Source: Mobula hypostoma (taxonomy: Eukaryota). From it: a DNA stretch of 64,000 bases. The stretch covers positions 186,001 through 250,000 of the forward strand of contig NW_026948140.1 in the NCBI RefSeq assembly GCF_963921235.1, written 5' to 3'. The notes beneath the pieces were generated by a model, which did not search any database, was not told the DNA's origin, and was given only the letters and a program-made list of their open reading frames with translations. This document shows positions 49,634-60,879 of the stretch, piece after piece (position 1 is the first letter of the stretch; the number at the start of each line of letters is the position of its first letter). The position numbers and the translations under genes are program-made.

Positions 49634-50100
49634 GTTGGCCAGAAAGAATTATGGTCTGCAATTCAATGGATTTGAATGAACCAAGGACAGTGGAAGTAGA
49701 CAAACCAATTGCCTTTGTTCTTTCCATGTGCTTGAAGGAGATGGAGATAGCCATTTGGTGAGATTTTGTCCTTGCAGTGCCCCATTTTGTGAACTCTGAA
49801 CTGATTCGTGCTCTGGGATGATCTAATCAGAGCAATTGAATGTGGACACAAGGAGCTTCAGCTGATGACTTGCTGAACCTGAGACCATTCTCAGATGAGT
49901 AGCTATTTATTATGCAAAGTGGCAAGTTTACAGGAGAAGCAATCTGTAATCTCCTTACACTGTGTCTAGGTCACCTAGTTTAATTGGTCTAAACCAGAAT
50001 TGAAACAAACAAAGGCATGAGGTTGAGGGTAAGACCATAAACTAACGTTCATTGTAGCCCTGGACCAGAGAAAGTAAGAAGGTGACCCAGGTAGGTCAGG

Positions 50101-51432
50101 TGTCACATATCCCGTGACGGGTTAAAGAATCAGCAGAAATGGAAAACAGCTAGAGTCTGGTACTGGTGTTAACATAAGCTATTTTCATTAGTAACTACAT
50201 AATACAGTCATATATAACTGGATAAATCAAACAAGTTAGCAGTGTTATGTGTATATAGGTGTTTAAATATAACTCCCAAACTATTGAGCTTGGGGGAAAG
50301 AAGGCTTAGAGTCTTGAGATGGTAAAGTATGAAAGTTCAGTTCATCCACGGGATAGGTGATGAGAGAGAGATATTTGTAATCCACGGTAAATGTCGAGAG
50401 AAGGCAATTACATCAATTTTCCACTGATTCCACGACAGCAATACAAAATAACAAGGGCTGTAGTTTTTATCTCTGAAGTTGTTCCACTCCACACACGAAA
50501 TATCACCGACAGTGATCTTCAACGAATATCCTTCCAACACAAGTGGTACCACACCCGAATTCAGCTACGGATCATTTCAAAGTGGTGGCCACAGGATACT
50601 CAAACCCAATCCACATATGGATTATCACCAACAGTTGCTTATTACTAAGGGGACCCTCTTCAAGGGAACCAACCCCAAACACACAACGTGATAGCCACTT
50701 ATCCAGGTTCACAACATACGAAATAACTCCAACAGTGATTTGCCACAGGGGTGCCTTTCTTCGGTGAACTTCCACACCCAAACAAGGGTAACACACAAGT
50801 AGTATTCACAAAGGTACTCCCCTCACCAGAGAACCCACTCCTGTGGATTAACTACATGACAATCACACTTTCGTAGTCGAATGGAACTCAAACTCACCCT
50901 TACAGGCTACTTAGAAAGAGAGTCCAAACAGTGACCTCTTTGTCACTAGGTTTTTTCTGTTTCAAACCCATCTCTCCTCTCTTCAATTCCTGCAAACTTG
51001 TTCCAGTTGCAGACAAATTGTGAGAGTCATTTATCAATACTCAGGATTGATCTCAACTCACCCCTTTTGGGCGACTGAAAGTTTAAACCAGGGCCTCACT
51101 CACTGATGTCTTTCATTGACTGAATCCATCTTGACTCTGAACATGTGTTTCTCTGTATCTGTAACTGTCCTTGTAAAATGCTGCAGAGAAACCATAACAT
51201 CAATTGTCCATCAAATAACTCCACCTCTCTCTCTTTCCATGGCAATCCAAAAGCTGACAGCAGTAGTCAGTGTCCTTGTAAAAGTGTAAACACGCTGCAG
51301 AGAAACCATAACACCACCTCAAAGCAGTCTTCGCATCTCTCTCTCAATAACAAGGTGTTTGTGTTGTACAGCTCTCTCTCTTTTTTTAAAGGTACAGTCC
51401 ATAGAAAATATGAACACTAGGGATACATAACA
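50101..51432 (-). mobile_element. Long solo LTR related to the Gmr1-like LTRs
   Basis: TGTCACA...TAACA. TSD CAGG at 50097-50100 and 51433-51436. Both terminal regions are homologous to 16952-17820. Confidence 0.92.
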
Positions 51433-51499
51433 CAGGTGACTGTGAGCCAGTGGGATGGAGATCATCAGTTCAACTGATGAGGAACATGTAAGAGTCAAG

Positions 51500-52750
51500 A
51501 ACTTCAAACACATAATTCCTTACTGGAATTCTTTGAGGATATAACGAGAGCAGTGGACAGAGGGACCAGACGGACATTATTAACTTGGATTTCCAGAAGA
51601 CGTTCGATAAGGAACCTGATAAAAGACTCATCCACAAGATAAGAATGCATAGAGTTGGGGGTGATGTATTAGCATGGATAGAGGATTGGTTAACCAATAG
51701 AAAGCAGAGAGTTGGGATTCATGGATATTACTCTGGTTGGCATTCATTGGTGAGCAGTGTGCCGCAGGGGTTGGTGCTCGGAATGTAACTGTTCACAGTA
51801 TACATTAATGATCTGGAAGAGGGGACTGAGTATAGTGTATCTAAATTTGCTGATGATACTAAATTGAGTGGAAAAGTAAAATATGCAGAAGATATGAAGA
51901 GCCTGCAGAGAGATATAGATAGGTTAAGTGAGTGGGAACGGGTCTGGCAGTGGAGTACAATGCTGGTAAATGTGAGTTCATCCATTTTGGAAGGAAAAAT
52001 GAAAGTGAAGATTATAATTTAAATGGTAAAAATTGCAGCATGTTGCTGTGCAGAGGGACTTGGTTGCTTGTGCATGAATCACAGAAAGTTGGTTTGCAGT
52101 TGCAGCAGGCTGTCAAGAAGGCAAATGGAATGAATTTAAGAGCAGGGAGGTTATGCTGCAACTGTACCGGGTACTGGTGAGACCGCACCTGGAGTACTGT
52201 GTGCAGTTCTGGTCTCCTTACTTGAGGAAGGTTATACTGGCTTTGGAGGTGATGCAGAGGTGGTTCACCAGGTTGATTCCAGAGATGAGGGGGTCAGACT
52301 ATGAGGAGAGATTGAGTTGCCTGGGACTGTACTCACTGGAATTCAGAAGAATGAGAGGAGATCTTATAGAAACATATAACATAATGAAAGGAGTAGATAA
52401 GATAGAGGCAAGAAAATAGTTTCCACTGGTAGGTGAGACTAGAACTTGGAGACATAGCTCCAAGATTCAGGGGAGTAGATTTAGGACAGAGATGAGGAGG
52501 AACTGCTTTCCCCAGAGGGTGGTGATTCTGTGGAATTCCCTGCCTAGTGAAGCAGTGGAGGCTGCCTCAGTAAATGTATTTATGACGAGGTTGGATAGAT
52601 TATTGCGTAGTAGGAGAATTAAGGGTTATGGGGAAAAGGCAAGTAGGTGGAGATGAGTCCATGGCCAGATCAGCCACGATCTTATTGAATCGCGGAGCAG
52701 GCTCAAAGGGATAGATGGCCGACTCCTGCTCCTATTTCTTATGTTCTCGT
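51500..52750 (+). mobile_element. Degenerate CR1 RT to 3' end
   Basis: DFQK.FDK, KFADD, RPHLEYCVQFW and a 3' tail. Confidence 0.9.
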
Positions 52751-53222
52751 GTTACAGCGATAACTCTCCAGAGACCAACCATTGTGGAACTGGAGGACCC
52801 CACAGACACATGAAGATCAGAACAAGACGACGAGAAACCCCTAGCCAGCATAGACTCGTCTCCCGGGTAACACCTTTTCTCTTCATTCACTGTTCATGAA
52901 AGGTCAGGAAATCATAGTGGGTTCAAGCTAGGTTGTTAGTTAGTGAACCTATGGGCATTTCAGAATTAGAATTAGAATTAGAATTTCATTTCTTACATCT
53001 ATCTCACAACACGAGGGAGTAAAATCTTTATGTTGCATCTCCATTGCTATGTACAAGCAATAAGAAAGGGAAATGTGTGAGGATATTGCCCAAACACTAA
53101 GATTGTATACATAATTGTTTTGTATACATGTGTGTACAGTCAGATATGCAATCAGATCAATTTGGTTGAGACAATAAGGATTATATGTCCGTAAATAAGG
53201 ATTCTCTCTTTGCCTCTCTGAT

Positions 53223-53480
53223 TTTTTTTTAAGCATGTCGCATCAGACAGTCAGCCATTCTTGTCTGGTGTATGGTGTCAGGATTGGTCTCTTTTCGGAT
53301 TAACTGGGTCACAATATAAACGTTCCCGACTCGACCCTTTTTTTTTTACAAGACTGAGTGGCTAGCTCGACGCTCAACCCAGCGCGGATGGAAAACGTGC
53401 TTGGGGGGTGGCCCGACTTGGATTTGAACTCGGGAGCCTTCACTCTGGAGTCTGGTGCTGATGCCATTGTGCCACCAGCC
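53223..53480 (-). mobile_element. tRNA-derived SINE
   Basis: Minus strand has A box TGGCACAATGG, B box GAGTTCAAATCC and an A-tail. TSD TCTCTGAT at 53215-53222 and 53481-53488. Confidence 0.85.
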
Positions 53481-53782
53481 TCTCTGATCATTTTTACTAA
53501 GGGCTAGATTGTAATAATACTGTCTGACCTGCTGAGTTCCTCCAGTAATTTGTCTGTTATTACATACTTGAACTTGATGGTCTAATATCCTCAGTGACTC
53601 CCATGAATATTTTCAGTCATATCTAGTTTTCAATTCATGGGAACAAACTGATATTGTAACACACTCTTTGAGTTACCTAATTGAACTCTGAAAATCCATA
53701 CAATTTGTGACACTAAAGCAGAAAGTAAATTCAAAAACCCCACCAGTAACCTTCAAGTCTCCATAAATGTGTTTTCAATTAC

Positions 53783-53788
53783 TTTATT
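53783..53788 (-). terminator. Probable polyadenylation signal of the IFITM-like gene
   Basis: AATAAA on the minus strand ~230 nt after the stop, in non-repeat sequence. Confidence 0.6.
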
Positions 53789-54017
53789 AATAACATCTAA
53801 GCCATATCTTGTCCCCAGTTTAAGGAAGAGATCTATATTGTTGCCAGTTGATTAAGTATATCAGGCCTCCATAGAGATTACAGACAAAGTAAGCAATAGT
53901 AAACAATGCATCAAGAAATTAAACAGCTCCATCACAAAGATGCTCCTTCCATGGCTAATAAACTGCTGAGACCATCATGTCTCCTCCTTTTACTTCAAGG
54001 CATGTTGTCGCATCATG

Positions 54018-54188
54018 CTAACCATAATACTGATGACTTGTTGCCACATGCATTTGAGCAATTATCACTGCGAGGATGATTACGACGGAAATAACACCAA
54101 TCACAGTGGCTGCAATATTGAGGGACCGTGCTGTAGATCCATATTGCCGAGCTCCTTCGATGTCACCCACAACTTTCCGATCTCTAGA
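54018..54188 (-). CDS. IFITM: Interferon-induced transmembrane protein / dispanin (CD225 family), last coding exon
   Basis: SRDRKVVGDIEGARQYGSTARSLNI plus a hydrophobic TM helix and stop (56 aa). Preceded by a polypyrimidine tract and AG (54189-54190) at the phase-0 K|SRDRK junction typical of IFITMs. The exact paralogue cannot be assigned. Confidence 0.9.
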   Translation of the reverse strand, partial: SRDRKVVGDIEGARQYGSTARSLNIAATVIGVISVVIILAVIIAQMHVATSHQYYG

Positions 54189-54808
54189 CTGAAAGAAAAG
54201 AAGTATAAATAAATGAGCTTTAAAATACAGTGCGCAAGCAGACTGTGACCACAAGGTTGGTGATATCTAACTGGTTAGACTAGTCTGCTTTTAGTGCAAC
54301 TGCCTCTGAATTTAAAATAACAGAATCAGAGTCAGGTTTATTGTCACTGACGTTTGTCATGAAATTTGTCATTTTGCAGCAGCAGTCCAGTGGAATGTAA
54401 CTGTCTTATTGTAGGCTCATAATGAGTTAGTTATTTCTGTGAACGCAATCTAACAGCAACATAACTCTACAATGTTTGGGAATAATGACGGAAAGGCCAT
54501 TACCAGTAAATAAACCTGTTTAGGATGGGTATGTTTGGGTAACCACAAAAACATAAAAGATTGAATATTTCTCGTAAGGGAAAATAAGACAAGTATCTGT
54601 ATGAATAGTGACTGCAAATTTAATGTTTGCTAGGAAGCAATAATTCAGCTCACACCAATATAAACAGATTAAATTGTATTGTCAAAATATTTTAAGCTGT
54701 AACATACAAAATAAAGGATCCATCACATTAACAGGATGTCAGTCTATAACATGCAGGCAATCATTGGAGGTCCTGCCTCATAATTAATCCAGTTTGCTTC
54801 ACTTTGTT

Positions 54809-57800
54809 CTTTCTTTTCAAATCTTTTTATTATTATTATCCAAAATTAACACAAGTGCATCAAAGTAAGCAACACTTACAATCTCTCAAGAAAAAAAATT
54901 TATTTTAAAGATTGAAAAAATGTTGGTGATAAAAAAAACCCTACAAGAAAAACCATTAGGTGTTCAACTCTGGAGCCATGCATCACACAAAAAGCTTCTA
55001 AAGATAAACATCAAACCGCCAGCAAGAAAACATATGTACCAAAAATTTACAATTAGATCATGGAGGAAATCTATCAATTAACTCAAATGATAATAACGAG
55101 CAAATGAACCCCATCTTTTCTCAAAATCAAACATAGGTTCAAAGGTTCGACTTCTAATTTTCTCCAAACTAAGACATAGCATCACTTGGGAGAACCATTG
55201 TGACAAAGTGGAAGCCGATGTATCCTTCCACTTCAACAAAATGGCCCTCCTAGCTATCAATGTAACAAATGCAATAACATGTTGGTCAGACAAAGAGATA
55301 CTACGGATATTTTGAGGATTTTTTCCAAAAAACAGTTAATTTGTTAGGTTGCAAATTAATTTTAAGTGCTTTAGAAATTGTCGAAAAAACTAACTTTCAG
55401 AACTGTTCCAGTATAGGACAAGACCAAAACATGTGGGTCAGTGTAGCTGTCTCAGTTTTACATCTATCACAATAACTACCGTTAACCGATTCCAACCTGA
55501 TGTAATTTTTGCCCAAGAGACACATATCAGGGCGGGAGACCAAAATAGATTTTTTGGATGGTGGAGGGGTTTGCAGTTTCACTCTACTTCTCAGAGTAAA
55601 ACTAAGGATGTGTCCATCTTTATTAAATCCAATATATTTACTCAAGAGGATATAGAGTCAGATTTTAATGGTAGATTTTTAATTGTTAGAGGAATAATCT
55701 GTGACAGAAAAGTTGTTTGGTCCATTTGTACGGTCCTAACTTAGAGAATCCTTTTTTAAAAAAGGTATTTGCTTTACTGCCTGATTTAAATGAATATATG
55801 CTGATAATGGGTGGGGATTTTAACTGTTGTTCAGATCCTTTGATTGACAAGAGCTCAACCAATCCGCGACTTCCAAATCACTTCATGTCACTTATTAACT
55901 CCTTTTTGACCGATTTTGGATTGATTGAATTATGGAGGTATCTACACCCTGATAACAGAGAATATCCTTTCTTTCCACGTTTATAAGAAATATTCGATGA
56001 TCGATTATATTATAATCGATCCTTGCCTCTTGCCTAGTGTTAAAAATTGTGAATATGACGCTATTGCTATATCTGATCATGCGCCTGAGTTCGTCTTTTG
56101 AATTTGATGTCATTCTTGCCCATCCACCATGACGCATGTCTCAGACATTATTGCAAAACTCTGACTGTCAGTTTCATTGAAACCCAGATAAAAGAATTTG
56201 TTTATTAATGATAAAGGGGATACATCTAAATTAATCATATGGGATACATTTAAAGCATTCTTATGTGGTCAGAACATTTCTTATTCATCTAAGCTTAAAA
56301 ACAGACTAAAGTAGAATTAGATAAGATTTCAAAACAAATTAAAGACTTCGGTAATATTTATGCAATTTCCCTGAATATTGATTTATTCAAAGGGTGGAAC
56401 TTCAATCACAATATAACCTATTATTAACTCATCCTATTGAAGGCTATTTGCTTAAGTTAAGTTCAGTTTGGAAATAAAAATAATAAACTGCTCGCGTCTC
56501 AATTAAATACGGCTAGAGCCAAAAGGCAAATTTTGAAAATCCGTAGGAGAGATGGTACCCTCGCGTGGGAATATGAAGAAATTAATAAGATTTTTCAAGA
56601 TTTTTATACTGAACTTTATAAATCCCAATGTCCAGTAGATTCTTGTAAAATGAATGCCTTTTTATGAAAGATTGCTTTTCCTAAAATTTCTGTTGAGGAT
56701 CAAAAAAACTCTTGATGCCCAAATTACTGAAGCCAAAATTCATAAAGCTATTTTTTCAATGTAATCTGGTAAGGCCCCTGGACTTGATGGCTATCCTGAA
56801 GAATTTTATAAAAAATTTGGAAAATTGCTTTCTCCATATATGTTGGAAATGTTTAAGGATTCTTTTGTGAAAGGTGACTTACCCGCTACTTTCTATGAGG
56901 TTTCTATTTAATTCTTAAAAAGGATAAAGATCCTACTGATCGTGCCTCATAGACCTATTTCATTACTGAATGTCGATGCTAAGATTCTATCAAAGATAAT
57001 GGCCGATCGGTTGGAGAATATTTTGGGTAAAATTATTTTTAAAGATCAAACAGGCTTTATAAAGGGTCGTTATTCTTTTTCAAATGTTCGGAGATTATTT
57101 AACATTATATACTCGTCCTCTTTTAAAACTCCACAATGCATTGATCGAGTTGAATGGAAATATTTATTTAATGTTTTAGAGAAATTTGGCTTTGGTGTTA
57201 ATTTTAATAATTAGATTAGAATGATATATAAAACTCCTATTGCTATTGTTATTACTAATAACTGTAGGTCTCCTTTTTTTCAGCTTTCACGGGGGACAAG
57301 ACAAGTTTGTCCATTAAGTCCTTTGTTATTTAATTTAATATTAGAAACCCTTGCTATTGCTCTTTGTGAAGCTAAAGATATTTATGGAAATTTTCTGAAT
57401 GAGACCATTCATAAGATTTCTCTTTACACAGACGATTTATTGGTTTATATATCTAATCCCGAGGAATCTATTCTTGCCTTGCTAAAATTATTTAATGAAT
57501 TTGGAGATTTTTCAGGATATAAAATAAATTTCAGTAAAAGTGAATTGTTTCCTTTAAATTAATCTGTTTCTGTATATTATAATATTCTTTTCAAAGTCAT
57601 GGATTCTTTTAGATATTTGGGTATTATAAATCACTAAAAAATATAAGGATCTTTATAAAGCCAATTTTGTTCCTTTGGTAGATTCTATGAAGTACTTATT
57701 TAGTAGATGGAGTCCACTTACATTTTCACTTGCTGGTCACATCCATATAGTCAAAATGATGATCTTACCAAATTTTTTATATTTATTTCAGAATATCCCT

Positions 57801-58706
57801 TTTTTTTGACTAAGAAGTTTTTTGGATCAGATTGATTCTATTATTTTATCTTTTATTTGGAATAATAAAAGACCAAGAATTAGTAAATCTCACTTACAAA
57901 AGTTGAAAAAGGATGGTGGTCTCGCTTTGCCTAATTTAAGAATGTATTACTGGGCTGTTAATGTGCGATACATGTCCTTTTGGTTATATTGAGTTGATAA
58001 GAACGATCGGCCAATTTGAGTAAACTTGGAATTGAAAGCTGTGAAACAGTTTTATTTAACCTCGTTATTGGGAGCTGCTTTACCTATACAATTAGCTAGA
58101 GTTGCAAATTTAAACTTATACCCTGTGATTAAGCATTCTTTACAAACTTGGCTCCAGTTCGGCAATATTTTTAATCTTAAAAAACTTAAAGTTTGTAGTT
58201 TAATTTATTGAAATTACTTTTTTAAGCCTTCTTTGAGTGATCCAATTTTTTACTTTGGAAAAATAAAGGTATTAATTCTTCTTTGGATCTATTTAAAGAA
58301 GATAGACTGATGTCTTTTGATAAATATTCTCTTTCATACTCACACTTTTTACAATACCTTCAAGTTAGACATTTCTTACAAAAATATTTAGGTAGTTTTC
58401 CTTACATATTGGATGCCGACCTGTTAGATACTATTATGAGTATGAACCCTTCGATGAAGGGTTCCATTGGAAGAATTTATGATTTACTATTACAATGGGA
58501 TAAGTGTCCTTTATTTAAGATTAAACAAGATTGGGAAAAGGAACTCAATTTGACTTTTATGACGGAGGATTGGACGCGGATTCTGAAGCTGGTTAACTCT
58601 TCTTCGATCTGTGCTAGTCATTCACTGACTCAATTTAAAATTGTACATCGTTACCATTTGATGAAGAAGAGATTGTCTAAAATATTCCCTAATGTTGACA
58701 GTTCTG
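54809..58706. mobile_element. L1 with 5' inversion: 3' part on minus (54809-55478), EN-RT part on plus (55479-58703)
   Basis: AQETH, GGDFN, ISDH, RPISLLNVDAK, GTRQVCPLSP and LYTDD on plus; CDRC..HMFWSC on minus. TSD CACTTTGTT at 54800-54808 and 58707-58715. Confidence 0.9.
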
Positions 58707-59351
58707 CACTTTGTTTATTCACAGTAACGACCTGGTTCTGCACTGAAAAAACAGTCCAGACAAAGAATAAAAAAATAAACAAACATCCCCTCTTGCCTTT
58801 TCTCCAATCATGTGTGCTAGCTGGCTAAAAGAAAGTTATTTGCACATGCTCTGTGAAACCATAGTCTGCATGAGGATTTTCGGACATCAGGAACTGACAT
58901 TCCAAATTTGGTTCTGTGAGCATTTCACCACATTCTTCTACCCTGTTTGTCAGTTTCTTTTCTGGGGCATCTTCTTGGCCAAAGTGTTAACAAGACAAAT
59001 ATTATTGGCTAATTCAACAAGCCTGTATTTTTATTTTAAACAACAAAACTGAAATACTCATTTGAAACTGTATATTATTAAGTGTATAATGTAATTCAAG
59101 GAACACTTTTTTATATACAGATTTGCATTTTGAAGAGACCTGCTGAAAATAAAATGCCCAACAGCATAAATGTATTAACTAAATAAAACATGGTCTTAAA
59201 CCAGGGTAACACAATAAAATATACTACAAATGATAATAAATGTATTTTTAAAAATTAAGTAGTGCAAAAAGAGAGCAAAAATGAGACAGTGTTATTGGGT
59301 TCATTGTCTGTTCAGAAATCTGGGGAAGGGGACAGAAGTACACTATTTATT

Positions 59352-59535
59352 GAGGCTTCCATTGGTTGGGGTCAACCATGAATGTTGTGTCCCAGCTGTC
59401 TATCTGATACACAAACCAGGACAGCAAACCATCACCCATGCAACAGGCTCCCTATCTCCATGCAACTGATGAATCCAAATAAATGGCAGAGACTGATACA
59501 TGGCACCAGCATTATTGTGGGAGCTGTCAGTCTGC
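59352..59535 (-). mobile_element. Short RTE-5'UTR-like remnant
   Basis: GATG..TCCAAA..TGGCA.CAGC..GGAGCTG block shared with ~61110-61180. Confidence 0.45.
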
Positions 59536-59549
59536 ATCGATCTCTCGGA

Positions 59550-60170
59550 CACAGTGGTGTCAAGAAAACAACCTCTCCCTCAATGTTGCAAGACCAAAGC
59601 AGCTGGTTGTGGATTACAGGAGGAATGGAGACAGGCTAACCCCTATTGACATCAATGGACCTGAGGTTGAGAGGGTGAACAGCTTTAAGTTCCTCAGCAT
59701 TCACATCACTGAGGACCTCACATGGTCTGTACACACCAGCTGTGTGGTGAAAAAGGCACAACAGCACCTCTTTCACCTGAGATGGTTGAGGAAATTTGGT
59801 ATGGGCCCTCAAATCCTAAGAAATTTCTACAGGGGCACAATTGAGAGCATCCTGACTGGCTGCATCACTGTCTGCTCTGGGAACTGTACCTCCCTTAACC
59901 ACAGGATTCTGCTGAGAGTGGTGTGGACAGCCCAGCGCATCTGTAGTTGTGAACGTCCCATGATTCAGGACATTTACAAAGGCAGGTGTGAAAAAAGGAC
60001 CTGAAGAATCATTGGGGACCTAAGTCACCCCAACTACAACCTATTCCAGCTGCTACCATCTGGGAAACAGTACCACAGCATAAAAGCCAGGACCAACAGA
60101 CTCCGGGACAGCTTCTTCCACTAGGCCATCAGACTGATTAACTCACGCTGATCTGAGTGTATTTCTATGT
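59550..60170 (+). mobile_element. Rex1/Babar-type 3' fragment
   Basis: WCQENNLSLNV, KKAQQHLFHLR and IESILTGCIT. Confidence 0.88.
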
Positions 60171-60879
60171 TAGAATTTTCCATCTCCTAAATTAAGCTGA
60201 TGACCCCCATCTGCCCAAAGTCATTGGTTTTAAGGTGGCAGCAATCTGCCTTTGCCCCTACTCCTGTATTTGAGACACACACCATTGGGAGCATTTAATT
60301 GACAGTGGGAGCTTATCTCCAGCTATTACAACCTTAAGGAATCATTTCATTTATTGAAAATTCTAAAATGGATAAACACAGTTCAAGCCAACAATATTCA
60401 TCATAAGAAATATTATGCCATTACTTGAGCACATCATCAGTTACATCCAAATAGAGCTGGATCTGGACAATATCCAGGCCTTAACTGATAGGTGGCACCA
60501 CAAATTGCTTGGTGAAAATCCTGGAGTTCTCTCCCTAACAGTATTTTTGGATAGACTCATAAGTCAGGGACTGTAGAGGTTCAGTTAAGGCCATCACCAC
60601 CTTTTCAAGGATAGTTGGGGATGAAGTCAGCCTGCGAACCCACATCCTTTCAATAAGTAAGTTAAAAAGTTGTATTAAAGCAGAACACAATCTTTGTTGT
60701 CTAGGGTGCACAAAGCCCACTGGCCCCGATGGCACTGCTCACAATAGAGGCAGGTAGTCAGTTCAGAGTGTGACCCCTTCCCTGAATCTACTGCCCAAGC
60801 CCCCAAGCCTCTGAGTGGCCACTCAACTAAGCTCACATCAGAGAAATTTATTGGCGCCAAATAGACTTTAACAAAGACA

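Noticed and set aside
53405..53480. tRNA gene
   Set aside because: A/B boxes are present, but there is no proper acceptor stem; it is a SINE head with a tail and TSD.
54189..54254. N-terminal part of the 78-aa IFITM ORF (MWSQSAC...FFQ)
   Set aside because: It is intron read-through, ending in the polypyrimidine tract and AG acceptor.
59405..59430. Possible IFITM exon 1 (CCPG-like motif on minus)
   Set aside because: A stop follows within a few codons, there is no CD225 context, and it lies in a repeat remnant.
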